A stretch of DNA of 20,000 nucleotides from Thraustochytrium aureum (Eukaryota), in assembly GCA_012862495.1 (NCBI GenBank), contig BLSG01000091.1, forward strand, positions 168,422 through 188,421. The letters are read 5' to 3'. The notes under the pieces are model-generated. The model made no database searches. It was not told the DNA's origin and saw nothing but the letters and a program-made list of their open reading frames with translations. Of the stretch, positions 1 through 9,600 are shown one piece after another (the first letter of the stretch is position 1; the number at the start of each line of letters is the position of its first letter). The translations under genes and the position numbers were made by a program.

Positions 1-23
1 CAAGGGCCGCGCACGGCAAGATC

Positions 24-1638
24 GTGAGCGACTCGAACGGTGGAGGAACCGGGACAGCATGGATCCGGCATCAGCTCAGCGGCTCTGAAATGGCCCAGCA
101 CGTCCCGCGACACCGCGCGAACAGCGGGGCGAAGAGCGGCCATGCTGTCAAAGTCCCAATCGCCACGCCAGCAGTGAGCAAGCCCCAACATGCAGACCAC
201 CGCATGGTCGGGCTCGGAACTATGGTCATGATTGTATTCTTCACGGTCGCGGGGGCCCCGATTGGGTCAGAGGAAGTCATGTCCTCTGGCGGGCCATTCA
301 TGGGGATGCTCGCGATGATCGTGTTTCCGTGGCTGTACTGCTTTCCCGTGGCACTCATCTCGGCTGAGCTGGCCACCACCTTCCCAGAGGACGGAAGCTT
401 TACCCTATGGGTTGCGGCCTGCTTTGGCCGATTCTGGGCCTTTCAGGACGGCTACTGGAGCTGGGTGAGCGGCGTGTTGGATAGCGCCATGTATCCCGTT
501 TTCGGCGCCGAGCTGGTCCTGGGCGTCGGTAACGCGGGGTCGTTTTGGGGCATGGTGCTCGTTACGCTGTTTGCGGTGGGTGGGTCGTTGCTCAACTTTC
601 TTGGTGTGCAGTTTGTTGGGCGCGCCATGATTCTGCTCGGTGCCGTGGTCATGCTACCATACGGTATCATGGTGCTCATGTGGTTGTTCACCCATTTGCC
701 GTCGCCGCTTCCCAACGACATGTTTCATGTCGCCCTTTCCAACGCGAGCGCTGTGTTCGACGGTGCGCTCGCGCCGACCACGTCGAGCGCAGCGCACGCC
801 GCTCTGTCAGGCGTTGTTGCTGGGGCGAGTGAGTCGGTGAGCGATGCAGCAGCGGCCGCAGCTGCCTCGTTGCCGACTCAGCACCGGTCGTAGCAGGGGC
901 GGGGTCGCTTCTTGGTCTTGCGTCGTCCACGATAAAGCCGGCAGGGCCAGAGTGGGCGCCCAATTACATCGAACTCCTTCATGTGATTTTCTGGAGCTAC
1001 AGCGGATGGGATTCTGTGAGCACCTTTGCTGGCGAGGTGCACAATCCGAAGCGCACGTTCCCGCTCGCCCTTGGGCTTTCGGTGGTCGCGGTGTGTGCAT
1101 CGTATGTGCTGCCGCTCTCGGTGGGCCTGATGACGCCCGGAGCGCCCGACTGGATGACGTGGAAGGAGGGCTCGTTTCACGAAATCGGGCGCGCGATCGG
1201 CGGCGCGCCGCTGGTCAGCTTGCTCGTGCTCAGCTCTGGGCTGAGCCTTCTTGCCATGTTCTGCGCTGAGACGTTTATTGACAGTTTCCTGCTTCTCGGG
1301 ATGGCAGAACAAGGACTTGCGCCGGCCATCTTTGCGAAGCGCGACAAACGGTTCGACTCGCCGTACATGTCGATCGCCTGAGCCTGGTCGTAATCTGCAG
1401 CGTGTCGCACTACCTGGACTTTACGATGCTGATGCAAGTGAACAACTGCCTGACCTGCATGTCGGTCATCATCGAGCTTGTGGCTGCGGTGATGCTGCGG
1501 TTCCGCGGTACCAAGGAGCGCAAGATCCTGAAGGACGACGAGTTCCGCGCGCCCATCAGCGACACGGCAATGCTGCTCTTGCTTCTCCCTGCGTTTGTTG
1601 TCGTGTTGATCGTGGTGCTGACGACCATCTTCATGGCA
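24..1638 (+). CDS. APC-superfamily polyamine/amino-acid transporter (plant PUT/LAT/RMV1-like); 5' end uncertain, 3' end runs into N gap; two single-base frameshifts (~866, ~1378)
   Basis: Motifs GAPIGSEE...GGP, ISAELATTFPEDGSFTLWV...FGRFWAFQDGYWSWVSGVLDSAMYP and IFWSYSGWDSVSTFAGEVHNPKRTFP resemble PUT/LAT transporters. Multiple TM segments. ORFs 24-893, 983-1381 and 1402- join if one C is restored at gcc(c)tc ~866 and gcc(c)tg ~1378. The frame is open to the window edge; first ATG at 90. Confidence 0.88.
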
Positions 1639-2818
1639 NNNNNNNNNNNNNNNNNNNNNNNNNNNNNNNNNNNNNNNNNNNNNNNNNNNNNNNNNNNNNN
1701 NNNNNNNNNNNNNNNNNNNNNNNNNNNNNNNNNNNNNNNNNNNNNNNNNNNNNNNNNNNNNNNNNNNNNNNNNNNNNNNNNNNNNNNNNNNNNNNNNNNN
1801 NNNNNNNNNNNNNNNNNNNNNNNNNNNNNNNNNNNNNNNNNNNNNNNNNNNNNNNNNNNNNNNNNNNNNNNNNNNNNNNNNNNNNNNNNNNNNNNNNNNN
1901 NNNNNNNNNNNNNNNNNNNNNNNNNNNNNNNNNNNNNNNNNNNNNNNNNNNNNNNNNNNNNNNNNNNNNNNNNNNNNNNNNNNNNNNNNNNNNNNNNNNN
2001 NNNNNNNNNNNNNNNNNNNNNNNNNNNNNNNNNNNNNNNNNNNNNNNNNNNNNNNNNNNNNNNNNNNNNNNNNNNNNNNNNNNNNNNNNNNNNNNNNNNN
2101 NNNNNNNNNNNNNNNNNNNNNNNNNNNNNNNNNNNNNNNNNNNNNNNNNNNNNNNNNNNNNNNNNNNNNNNNNNNNNNNNNNNNNNNNNNNNNNNNNNNN
2201 NNNNNNNNNNNNNNNNNNNNNNNNNNNNNNNNNNNNNNNNNNNNNNNNNNNNNNNNNNNNNNNNNNNNNNNNNNNNNNNNNNNNNNNNNNNNNNNNNNNN
2301 NNNNNNNNNNNNNNNNNNNNNNNNNNNNNNNNNNNNNNNNNNNNNNNNNNNNNNNNNNNNNNNNNNNNNNNNNNNNNNNNNNNNNNNNNNNNNNNNNNNN
2401 NNNNNNNNNNNNNNNNNNNNNNNNNNNNNNNNNNNNNNNNNNNNNNNNNNNNNNNNNNNNNNNNNNNNNNNNNNNNNNNNNNNNNNNNNNNNNNNNNNNN
2501 NNNNNNNNNNNNNNNNNNNNNNNNNNNNNNNNNNNNNNCTTCTCTCTCTCTCATCTCCATTCCCCTTGCGCACCAACCACCCGATACTACCCTAACCCAC
2601 ACCCTACCCGCGCGGCCTGTTTCTGGAACGCGCCACGTAACGAAAGACCCAAAGGTGACCTGGGAGCGCGGGCGACGGCGTGACGAGGGGGGTAGAGTGG
2701 CGCGGAAGGGGAGCGTTCCTGGAACGCAGGCGTTTGTGGAGGGGGGTATGTGACGTGTGGTGTCGCGCGCTGCGGCGACATGTGGGGGACACTGGCGACG
2801 TGGGTGGCGTCGAGGTGA

Positions 2819-3030
2819 TTTGAGGCGCTGGGACTGGGCTCCGTCATTCTGGGTACGCTTGTGACGAGCATTCTTGTCAAGCTTATGTATCGCACACCCC
2901 TATGTGATGCCGCGCGTGCCCCGCTTCCACAACCAGGACCTTTGCGTGACGGTAGAATCGGAGAAAACCACGTCACGAAGCCCCCACAATTGACTGGTCC
3001 AAGTCTTCCTTCCCGTCCTGCCCTACCCTA
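2819..3030 (+). CDS. Possible terminal exon (last TM helix and tail) of the APC transporter
   Basis: Reads FEALGLGSVILGTLVTSILVKLMYR, a hydrophobic segment where the missing last TM would be expected after the gap. The splice junction cannot be seen. Confidence 0.25.
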
Positions 3031-3075
3031 GAAATAGAGGGTGTGTCATTCGTCCATATAAAATAGAGGGAAAGC

Positions 3076-3111
3076 GATGCCGTGTTTGGCGATGCCGTGT
3101 TTGGCGATGCC
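3076..3111. repeat. 15-bp tandem repeat (gatgccgtgtttggc) x2.4
   Basis: Directly visible: gatgccgtgtttggc gatgccgtgtttggc gatgcc. Confidence 0.9.
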
Positions 3112-3220
3112 AACGGTAACAAAAAGAGCTCCATCAAACAAAGAAGACAATCGAAAACGAGGTAGAGAAGATGTCCGAGTCGCCGGCATTGACGCAGCAC
3201 CAGCACGGGAAGAGCAAGAG

Positions 3221-3256
3221 CAGGGTCAGCAGGGCCAGCAGGGTCAGCAGGGCCAG
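3221..3256. repeat. 9/18-bp tandem repeat (cagggtcagcagggccag) x2
   Basis: Directly visible; encodes QGQ repeats in ORF 3077-3373, whose coding status is doubtful. Confidence 0.85.
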
Positions 3257-3438
3257 GACCAACAACATTTAACTGGACAATCGCCATCGAGGCTCAGTGC
3301 TCTTGCGCCTGCCACCAGCTCCTCCTCCACCGCGCTTGCGTGGCAGAAAACAAACGCACGGCGCAAGTCCTGAAGCTCGAACGCACGACATACATACGCG
3401 CAAGGGCGAAAGCGCGCAAACGCGCGACTTGAGGCGAG

Positions 3439-4368
3439 ATGAGCGGCTCTGGCGGCACCGCGCTGACGGTCGGCTTCGACGGCAGCAAGAAATCCGTGGG
3501 CAGCAAAGCCCCGTCCAAGGCGCTGGTGGAGCGACTCTCGCGCCAGCCTGATCGCTCCAAAACTACGGTTCGGCAGGGTCGGCCAGGCGTGTTTGAAGCA
3601 ACGTCAGCGCCCGTGGACGGCTCTCGAACTGCAATGCGCGTCAACCCTGTAACTGGTAAAATGACGGCGGTGAAGAAGACAGGCGGGCAGGACATGGTTC
3701 GCGAGGGATCGCTGTACATTCCGAAAGAGTACCTGCATGCAGCAGCGGCGGCTGGGCTGGGCGGCGCAAATGGCATGTACACGCACATGGGCGCGCTCAA
3801 GAGAGAGCTGAAAGGGGCCCACAACACGGGCTCTGGGCAAGCTGGCCAGTCAGCGCCAAGGCGTTCGAGCTCGGCCACGCAACCAACCGTCAGCAACGTG
3901 GGCGGGCGGATTCATAAGCTCGATACAGGAGCGCAAAAACCCGGCAGCAACATCAAGCACGTCGTTCAAGGGCGCAGTCGCTCGATCGGCAACAGTGGGC
4001 GTTCCAACCAGGGCCCCGAGGAGTCCTCGTACGTTCGGCAGAAAGGCGTCATCAACGGGATGGGGGGCTGCACGAGCGCAACCACGCAGGCGCACCGCGA
4101 GCGCAAGACAGGTATCGCCTCGCTTGGCTCCTCAAACGGGCGCTCGTTCGTCAAGCATTCAAAGCCGGAGCCGCGCGCCGCGGCCTCGTCGCTCGGCGCT
4201 CGCGCAGCGCCTGTTCCGACAGGTGACCCAGTGCAGCGACGCGCGGGTATTACGAAAAAGCTTGGCGGTGGGCCAAGCGCAACCGGCGGCCAGGCCTCGG
4301 GCGGCACCAACATGTCTGATCGCGAAAAACGCGCAGCCTACTTTGCCTCAAAGTTTGGCAAAGCTTAG
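3439..4368 (+). CDS. Hypothetical protein, 309 aa, G/S/K/R-rich, probably disordered
   Basis: Intact ATG-TAG ORF with plausible codon usage; ends with a short helical-looking MSDREKRAAYFASKFGKA; no recognised domain. Confidence 0.65.
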   Translation: MSGSGGTALTVGFDGSKKSVGSKAPSKALVERLSRQPDRSKTTVRQGRPGVFEATSAPVDGSRTAMRVNPVTGKMTAVKKTGGQDMVREGSLYIPKEYLHAAAAAGLGGANGMYTHMGALKRELKGAHNTGSGQAGQSAPRRSSSATQPTVSNVGGRIHKLDTGAQKPGSNIKHVVQGRSRSIGNSGRSNQGPEESSYVRQKGVINGMGGCTSATTQAHRERKTGIASLGSSNGRSFVKHSKPEPRAAASSLGARAAPVPTGDPVQRRAGITKKLGGGPSATGGQASGGTNMSDREKRAAYFASKFGKA

Positions 4369-4981
4369 GCGCTCTCTCGAGACGCGTGCTCCAAGTCCGC
4401 ACCTACATAAGAATCAACACCAACGCCGCCCTTCTGACCTGGTCAACTTTGCCGTCGCCTCGGGCTCGTTTCTGAGGACCCCGCTCCGATCAGCGTGCTG
4501 GCCGGGACGAGCGGGACTACATTGTCATCAGCGACAAGTACGCCACGTTCGACGACACGACTGTGGTGCAGGTATCCNNNNNNNNNNNNNNNNNNNNNNN
4601 NNNNNNNNNNNNNNNNNNNNNNNNNNNNNNNNNNNNNNNNNNNNNNNNNNNNNNNNNNNNNNNNNNNNNNNNNNNNNNNNNNNNNNNNNNNNNNNNNNNN
4701 NNNNNNNNNNNNNNNNNNNNNNNNNNNNNNNNNNNNNNNNNNNNNNNNNNNNNNNNNNNNNNNNNNNNNNNNNNNNNNNNNNNNNNNNNNNNNNNNNNNN
4801 NNNNNNNNNNNNNNNNNNNNNNNNNNNNNNNNNNNNNNNNNNNNNNNNNNNNNNNNNNNNNNNNNNNNNNNNNNNNNNNNNNNNNNNNNNNNNNNNNNNN
4901 NNNNNNNNNNNNNNNNNNNNNNNNNNNNNNNNNNNNNNNNNNNNNNNNNNNNNNNNNNNCGCTGGGCTCGCGCCGCGGAAG

Positions 4982-5010
4982 TGCTGCTGCTGCTGCTGCT
5001 GCTGCTGCTG
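4982..5010. repeat. (TGC)n trinucleotide microsatellite
   Basis: About 9 consecutive tgc units. Confidence 0.9.
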
Positions 5011-5028
5011 TGGGCGTGTGCGCGGCCG

Positions 5029-6459
5029 ATGAGGAGCTGGGCCTGGTGGATCTGGTTGGTCGCATGGGGCTGCCTCGCCGCTGGCACGGATGGCCAGGAG
5101 ATGCGGGCGGCGCGAGCGATGGCCTGGGGGAAAGGCGGCCGCGGCGCCGGGAAGGGCGGCGGTGGGAAGGGGCGCGGCAGGGAAGGGCAGGTGAGGAAGA
5201 ATGGGGCTTGGTTTCGAATGCCCAGCCCTGAGGTGGCTGCTCGCCAGAAGGCCTGGCAGAGGAGGCAGTTTCAGGTGTGGGGCGCGCTCGCCGGAGTTGC
5301 CATGCAGACGTCAGACCGCGACGCAGCGCGGCAAGTGCAAGAGTTTCTCGCCGAGTTCTACAGCCGCGACCGGTTCTGCTCGCCGGCAACGATGCAGCAG
5401 AACACGGACAGCTTGCGCAACCGCGGCGTCGGCGAGGGCCTCGGCTCTCTGCTGAACGGATACATCATCTCTGCGATGCAAGCCCTCGTGCGAGGCGTCC
5501 GCTTGTGCGCGCACGACTCGCGCAGCGTGTACATCAACGCCGAAACTTGCCCCTCGCAAAGCTGGGACTGCCTCTTCGCCCCAATCAGCGCCAAGTGTCC
5601 CTGCGCCAAGCTACGAGAACAGGGCTCGCCACAGATCCAGCAAAACGAAGCCAGACGCTGCATTTTCTCCAAGGTCGATCAAGACAAGCTTCAAGAAATC
5701 GAGCTGAGCAATGGCGTCAACTTTTTCGTCTACGACAAGCTCGTGGCATTCGACCCCACACTCCCGCGGCGGCCCGACCACTGGTACATGGCTCAGGTAT
5801 ACCACTACTACTTGCGGCCCAACTCGGAGCTGCGGGGATTCACTGATGCGATCAAGAGCCAGCACTTTCCAGACTGGAACCCGAACAAGACCATCTCCGC
5901 ACACATCCGCCGCGGGGACCACTGGATGGGCACCCACCTCGACGACGAGGCCTACTTGTACACAATCAAGGTGGTCGCCGAGACCACGGGCGCTGACACG
6001 GTCTTCCTCGGCACGGACGACCTGCAGGTGCTCGAGACATATCCAGCGAGGTTGGCGCCGTTGCGCGTCGTGTCCATCCCCGCAAAGTATTCGATCATCG
6101 GCCAGCACGCCGAAAACTGCAAGGGGATGAGCAAAGGGTGTCGAGCGGCCAAGTTTCTCACGGAGAGGGCCTCCAGCGACGAGGGAAAGCTGCTAATGAC
6201 TCAGATTTATCTGATGGCCGAGACCCTCGTTACCATCGGCACGATCGGGTCCAATTTTGGACGCGTCGTGCATCAACTGCAGTGGGCCGACAAGGCGCTC
6301 AAGCGCGAGCGGACGGCGCCAGACCTCTCCTTTCTAGACATGGCGGGCGACCAGTACTTTGTCTGCGGCTGGCGCCTCTCGGAGCACCAGAACCGCGACA
6401 GCAAGCAGGTCGTGCATGAGTGGGCACGCAAGTACAGATACTTCTTCCCGCAGCTGTAG
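5029..6459 (+). CDS. GT23-family alpha-1,6-fucosyltransferase-like protein (FUT8/NodZ-type motifs), secretory pathway
   Basis: ISAHIRRGDH (cf. FUT8 GVHVRRTDK), VFLGTDD (cf. VYLATDD), IGTIGSNFGRVVHQL (cf. VCTFSSQVCRVAYEI), GEGLGSLLNG and CPSQSWDCLFAPISAKC. Hydrophobic N-terminus MRSWAWWIWLVAWGCLAAG. The true start could lie in the upstream gap. Confidence 0.82.
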   Translation: MRSWAWWIWLVAWGCLAAGTDGQEMRAARAMAWGKGGRGAGKGGGGKGRGREGQVRKNGAWFRMPSPEVAARQKAWQRRQFQVWGALAGVAMQTSDRDAARQVQEFLAEFYSRDRFCSPATMQQNTDSLRNRGVGEGLGSLLNGYIISAMQALVRGVRLCAHDSRSVYINAETCPSQSWDCLFAPISAKCPCAKLREQGSPQIQQNEARRCIFSKVDQDKLQEIELSNGVNFFVYDKLVAFDPTLPRRPDHWYMAQVYHYYLRPNSELRGFTDAIKSQHFPDWNPNKTISAHIRRGDHWMGTHLDDEAYLYTIKVVAETTGADTVFLGTDDLQVLETYPARLAPLRVVSIPAKYSIIGQHAENCKGMSKGCRAAKFLTERASSDEGKLLMTQIYLMAETLVTIGTIGSNFGRVVHQLQWADKALKRERTAPDLSFLDMAGDQYFVCGWRLSEHQNRDSKQVVHEWARKYRYFFPQL

Positions 6460-6547
6460 GCGCGGCCGCCGGGGAGCACAGCGATTAGGTAAACAGTAAG
6501 GATGCACAGCCTGAACAACCCAGAGTGCAGTTCCAAAGCCTCCAACT

Positions 6548-6570
6548 AACAAACAAACAAACAAACAAAC
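6548..6570. repeat. (AAAC)n microsatellite between convergent genes
   Basis: aac followed by (aaac)x5. Confidence 0.9.
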
Positions 6571-6634
6571 GAACATTTCCGGCTTGTCGTATAGTTTTTC
6601 GTGCGGTCCGCGCATCGCTGCTCCGGATCACAAC

Positions 6635-9600
6635 TCAATCTTGTACTGCGCGGCGGCCAGGCGTGCCGATTTGGTCTGCAGGTGAATGCTGTGCTGCGGC
6701 AGAGACCCCCCCCACCCCGACTTGCTGCTCCGCTGCGCAGTGTCCTCGTTCTGCTCGACCTGGTAGGAGTAAATCGCCCGCTTGCTGTTCCGTGCCAAGC
6801 AAAACAGCGTCTTCGGCTTCGTCTGCACTTGGTGCACCAGGCTCTCCGAATAGTGCCCCGTTTTCATGAACGAATTCGTGNNNNNNNNNNNNNNNNNNNN
6901 NNNNNNNNNNNNNNNNNNNNNNNNNNNNNNNNNNNNNNNNNNNNNNNNNNNNNNNNNNNNNNNNNNNNNNNNNNNNNNNNNNNNNNNNNNNNNNNNNNNN
7001 NNNNNNNNNNNNNNNNNNNNNNNNNNNNNNNNNNNNNNNNNNNNNNNNNNNNNNNNNNNNNNNNNNNNNNNNNNNNNNNNNNNNNNNNNNNNNNNNNNNN
7101 NTGCCGCTTCGGTCTCGTATGCCGCTTCAGTCTCGTATGCAGCCGTTGGCGCCGCGCCTGGGGAGACACCGTCCGCTAAAAGGTGATCTATAGGGACAAA
7201 GCTCGCAGGCGTATCCCATTGGCTCTCTCCAGTTCTGGAGTGCTCGTAGTAGTAGTACCCTGTGGCCGCATCAAGGCGCTGGATCCACTGCCCGTCGCCA
7301 GCGTCATCGATTTGGTCCGCCGCCCAACCCTGGACTCCAACGCTCGATTCTGCCTGTTGCTCCTGGCAATCAGGCAGCGTGCTACCGGCAACATGCGGGC
7401 TCTCCCACTCAGGCTCTACGTGGTGAAGCCCGTTGCCGGCTGTTGCCCAATGGTGCATGCCGTACAGCGGCGAGGCGAACGAGTCGCGCTGGTGCTCGAT
7501 GGCGCCTTCCGTCGACCAGCTAGTTGCCTCGATTCCAACGTGAGCGGCCCAACCCGCCTCGCCGTGGCCCCAGGAGTAGCCAGAGCCGAATTCTGTCTCC
7601 GCAACGAAGCACGCGTCTGTTTCTGGACCCCCAACAAACGCGTCGGCCTCCGCACTTTGGGTGGAGCCGAACGCGAATTTGGCGTGAGCGACACCTCTGC
7701 CGCCTCTCCGCCCGTCTCGACAAATGCGCCAAACCCCAACAGGCTCTCGCTTGCACTTTCGTGCTCTGAATCTGCTGCGTCCATAGCCTCAAACGCGCCC
7801 GGGCTCAACTGACCTGCGCCCGCACGGGCGTGGGCTTCGTCGCTCGTACAGAGCGGCAAGGAGGGTTCGGTTGCTGGAGTACTCGGCTGTGTGCCGAGTT
7901 CGCTGCTAAGCTCGGACCTCGCCGTCATGTTGTCGTCGCGTTCGCCATCATGATGACTTTCCGAGGCAAGCTCAGATCCCACGCTCGATCGGCTTGAGCG
8001 AGGCGAAGTGGACAACGTATTGCAGCTACCTGGGTCCGAATCTTCGTCTTCCTCCTCGTCATCGGACGAGGTTCCTGAGCTCGAGTCACCGTCGTCGGTG
8101 TCTGCATCCGCGACCTTTCCTCCAGTCGTGGTTGACGCGGTGCGTGGCGACTGGGCGGCTGAGACTCGAGCAGATTCTACCGCATCTTCTCCCAAGAGAA
8201 GGATGGTGGGAATCTCTTCTATTGAGCTTTCAACGTGCACGACCTGCGCGCCATTGACGCTCGCCACATCGTCTACCGCCTGGATGACGGCGGGCTCCCC
8301 ATCGGTTGAGGTTGTCGCCCGTGCGATCTCCGCGTCATCGACGCTCGCCACCTCGTCTACCATGTCTTCAACCACGTTCAAGTCGGCGGGCATCTCCTCG
8401 CTTTGGCTGTCCACCCGCGCGATCTGCGCTTCATTCTCAGGATCCCGTGCCAACGCCTGAGAGTCCGCAGGGCCAATGGCAATTGGCGCAACTTTGTCGT
8501 CGCTGGTTCGCGCCACACCATCTGCCGCATCATCTACCACGTCAAGGACGGTGGGCGCCTTCTCGGTAGAGCTTACGTCGCAAGAGACTTGCTCGCCAGT
8601 TTGTGGATCGTGTGCCAACGTCTCGGAGCCTGTAGCACCGTTGGTCGCGCTCTGATCGGCCGCGCATTCCACCCGTGAGACGTCTTCGGCACTTGCAAGA
8701 TCGCGTGGCAACGACTCGGAGCCTGCATCAGTGCTTGTGGCGTTCTCCTCGTGTTGAATGTCCCACCCTTGTGATTCCCGCGTCTTGGACCCGAGCCGCA
8801 TCGCTTGCGCTTTCAACCCGTGCGCTCTCCGCGACATTGGCTCGATCCACACCAATTTCCGAACCTTCTGCAATGTCTGTGCCGGCAGGCATCTCATCGG
8901 TTGGTCTCTCCGCCCATCCGGTTTCCGAGCAGGTTCCGGACCGGCGATTCGTGAACTCGAAAACCCCAGCATCGTCGTTCCTAGCGCACTCGACAGTCTT
9001 GCTGGCGCGCCAGCCCCGCCGATTCCGCTGGAAGCGACGTGGATTGCATCGTCTTCGAACTGCTTGCTTGCAGAAGAATGCCCACCGAGACTCGGCTCCA
9101 CGTTGGCCCCGACGTTCTCGTCGCGCTTGCCTTCTCCATCTTGCTCGGCACCGACTGTTTCGGCTCCGCAAGATGTGACGCAGCGGGCAGTGCGCAATGC
9201 AGAGTCAACCCTGGCGCTTTGGTTCTGTACTTTGGTGTCGGCGTTTGAAGGCTTCCAGGCACTCGCACTGTCACAGTCTGCAATCACTTGCCAGGCACTC
9301 GTACTGTCACTCTCTGCGAGCAGTCCTGATTGAGTGCAAGCCGCGCCCGAGCTAGCGCCCGCTTGGGCTTCGTTGAAGGCGTGATGCTCAAGCCCACCTT
9401 GCGCTGTAGATTCGCGTTCGGCGAGCATGCGGACAAAGGCCTCGACGTCGTCAGCCTCTGCGCTTTCAACCTCTTCCGAGCCATTTGAATAGTCCACTCC
9501 CTCTGCCTCGGGGGCGCCTAAGCGCTCGGCTGCATCGAGATGCTCAACACCGAGCTCCGTAGCGCCAGGCTCGACGGCGACATCTCCAGAAAGGCAAGCT

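Noticed and set aside
1251..2753. Long ORFs running through N gaps (also around 4578-4959, 9780-10038, 15515-16071)
   Set aside because: Their length is an artefact of Ns containing no stop codons.
3076..3256. Short direct repeats as a CRISPR array or transposon ends
   Set aside because: The repeats are head-to-tail without spacers, there is no cas or transposase gene, and the context is eukaryotic.
3077..3373. 98-aa ORF with MPCLA and QGQ repeats as a real gene
   Set aside because: A-rich third positions unlike neighbouring genes, repeat-derived start codons and no motif. It is more likely intergenic or UTR.
4443..4577. Minus-strand GVLVADDNV as a methyltransferase motif
   Set aside because: It is the antisense shadow of a more codon-biased plus-strand reading and is too short to support a call.
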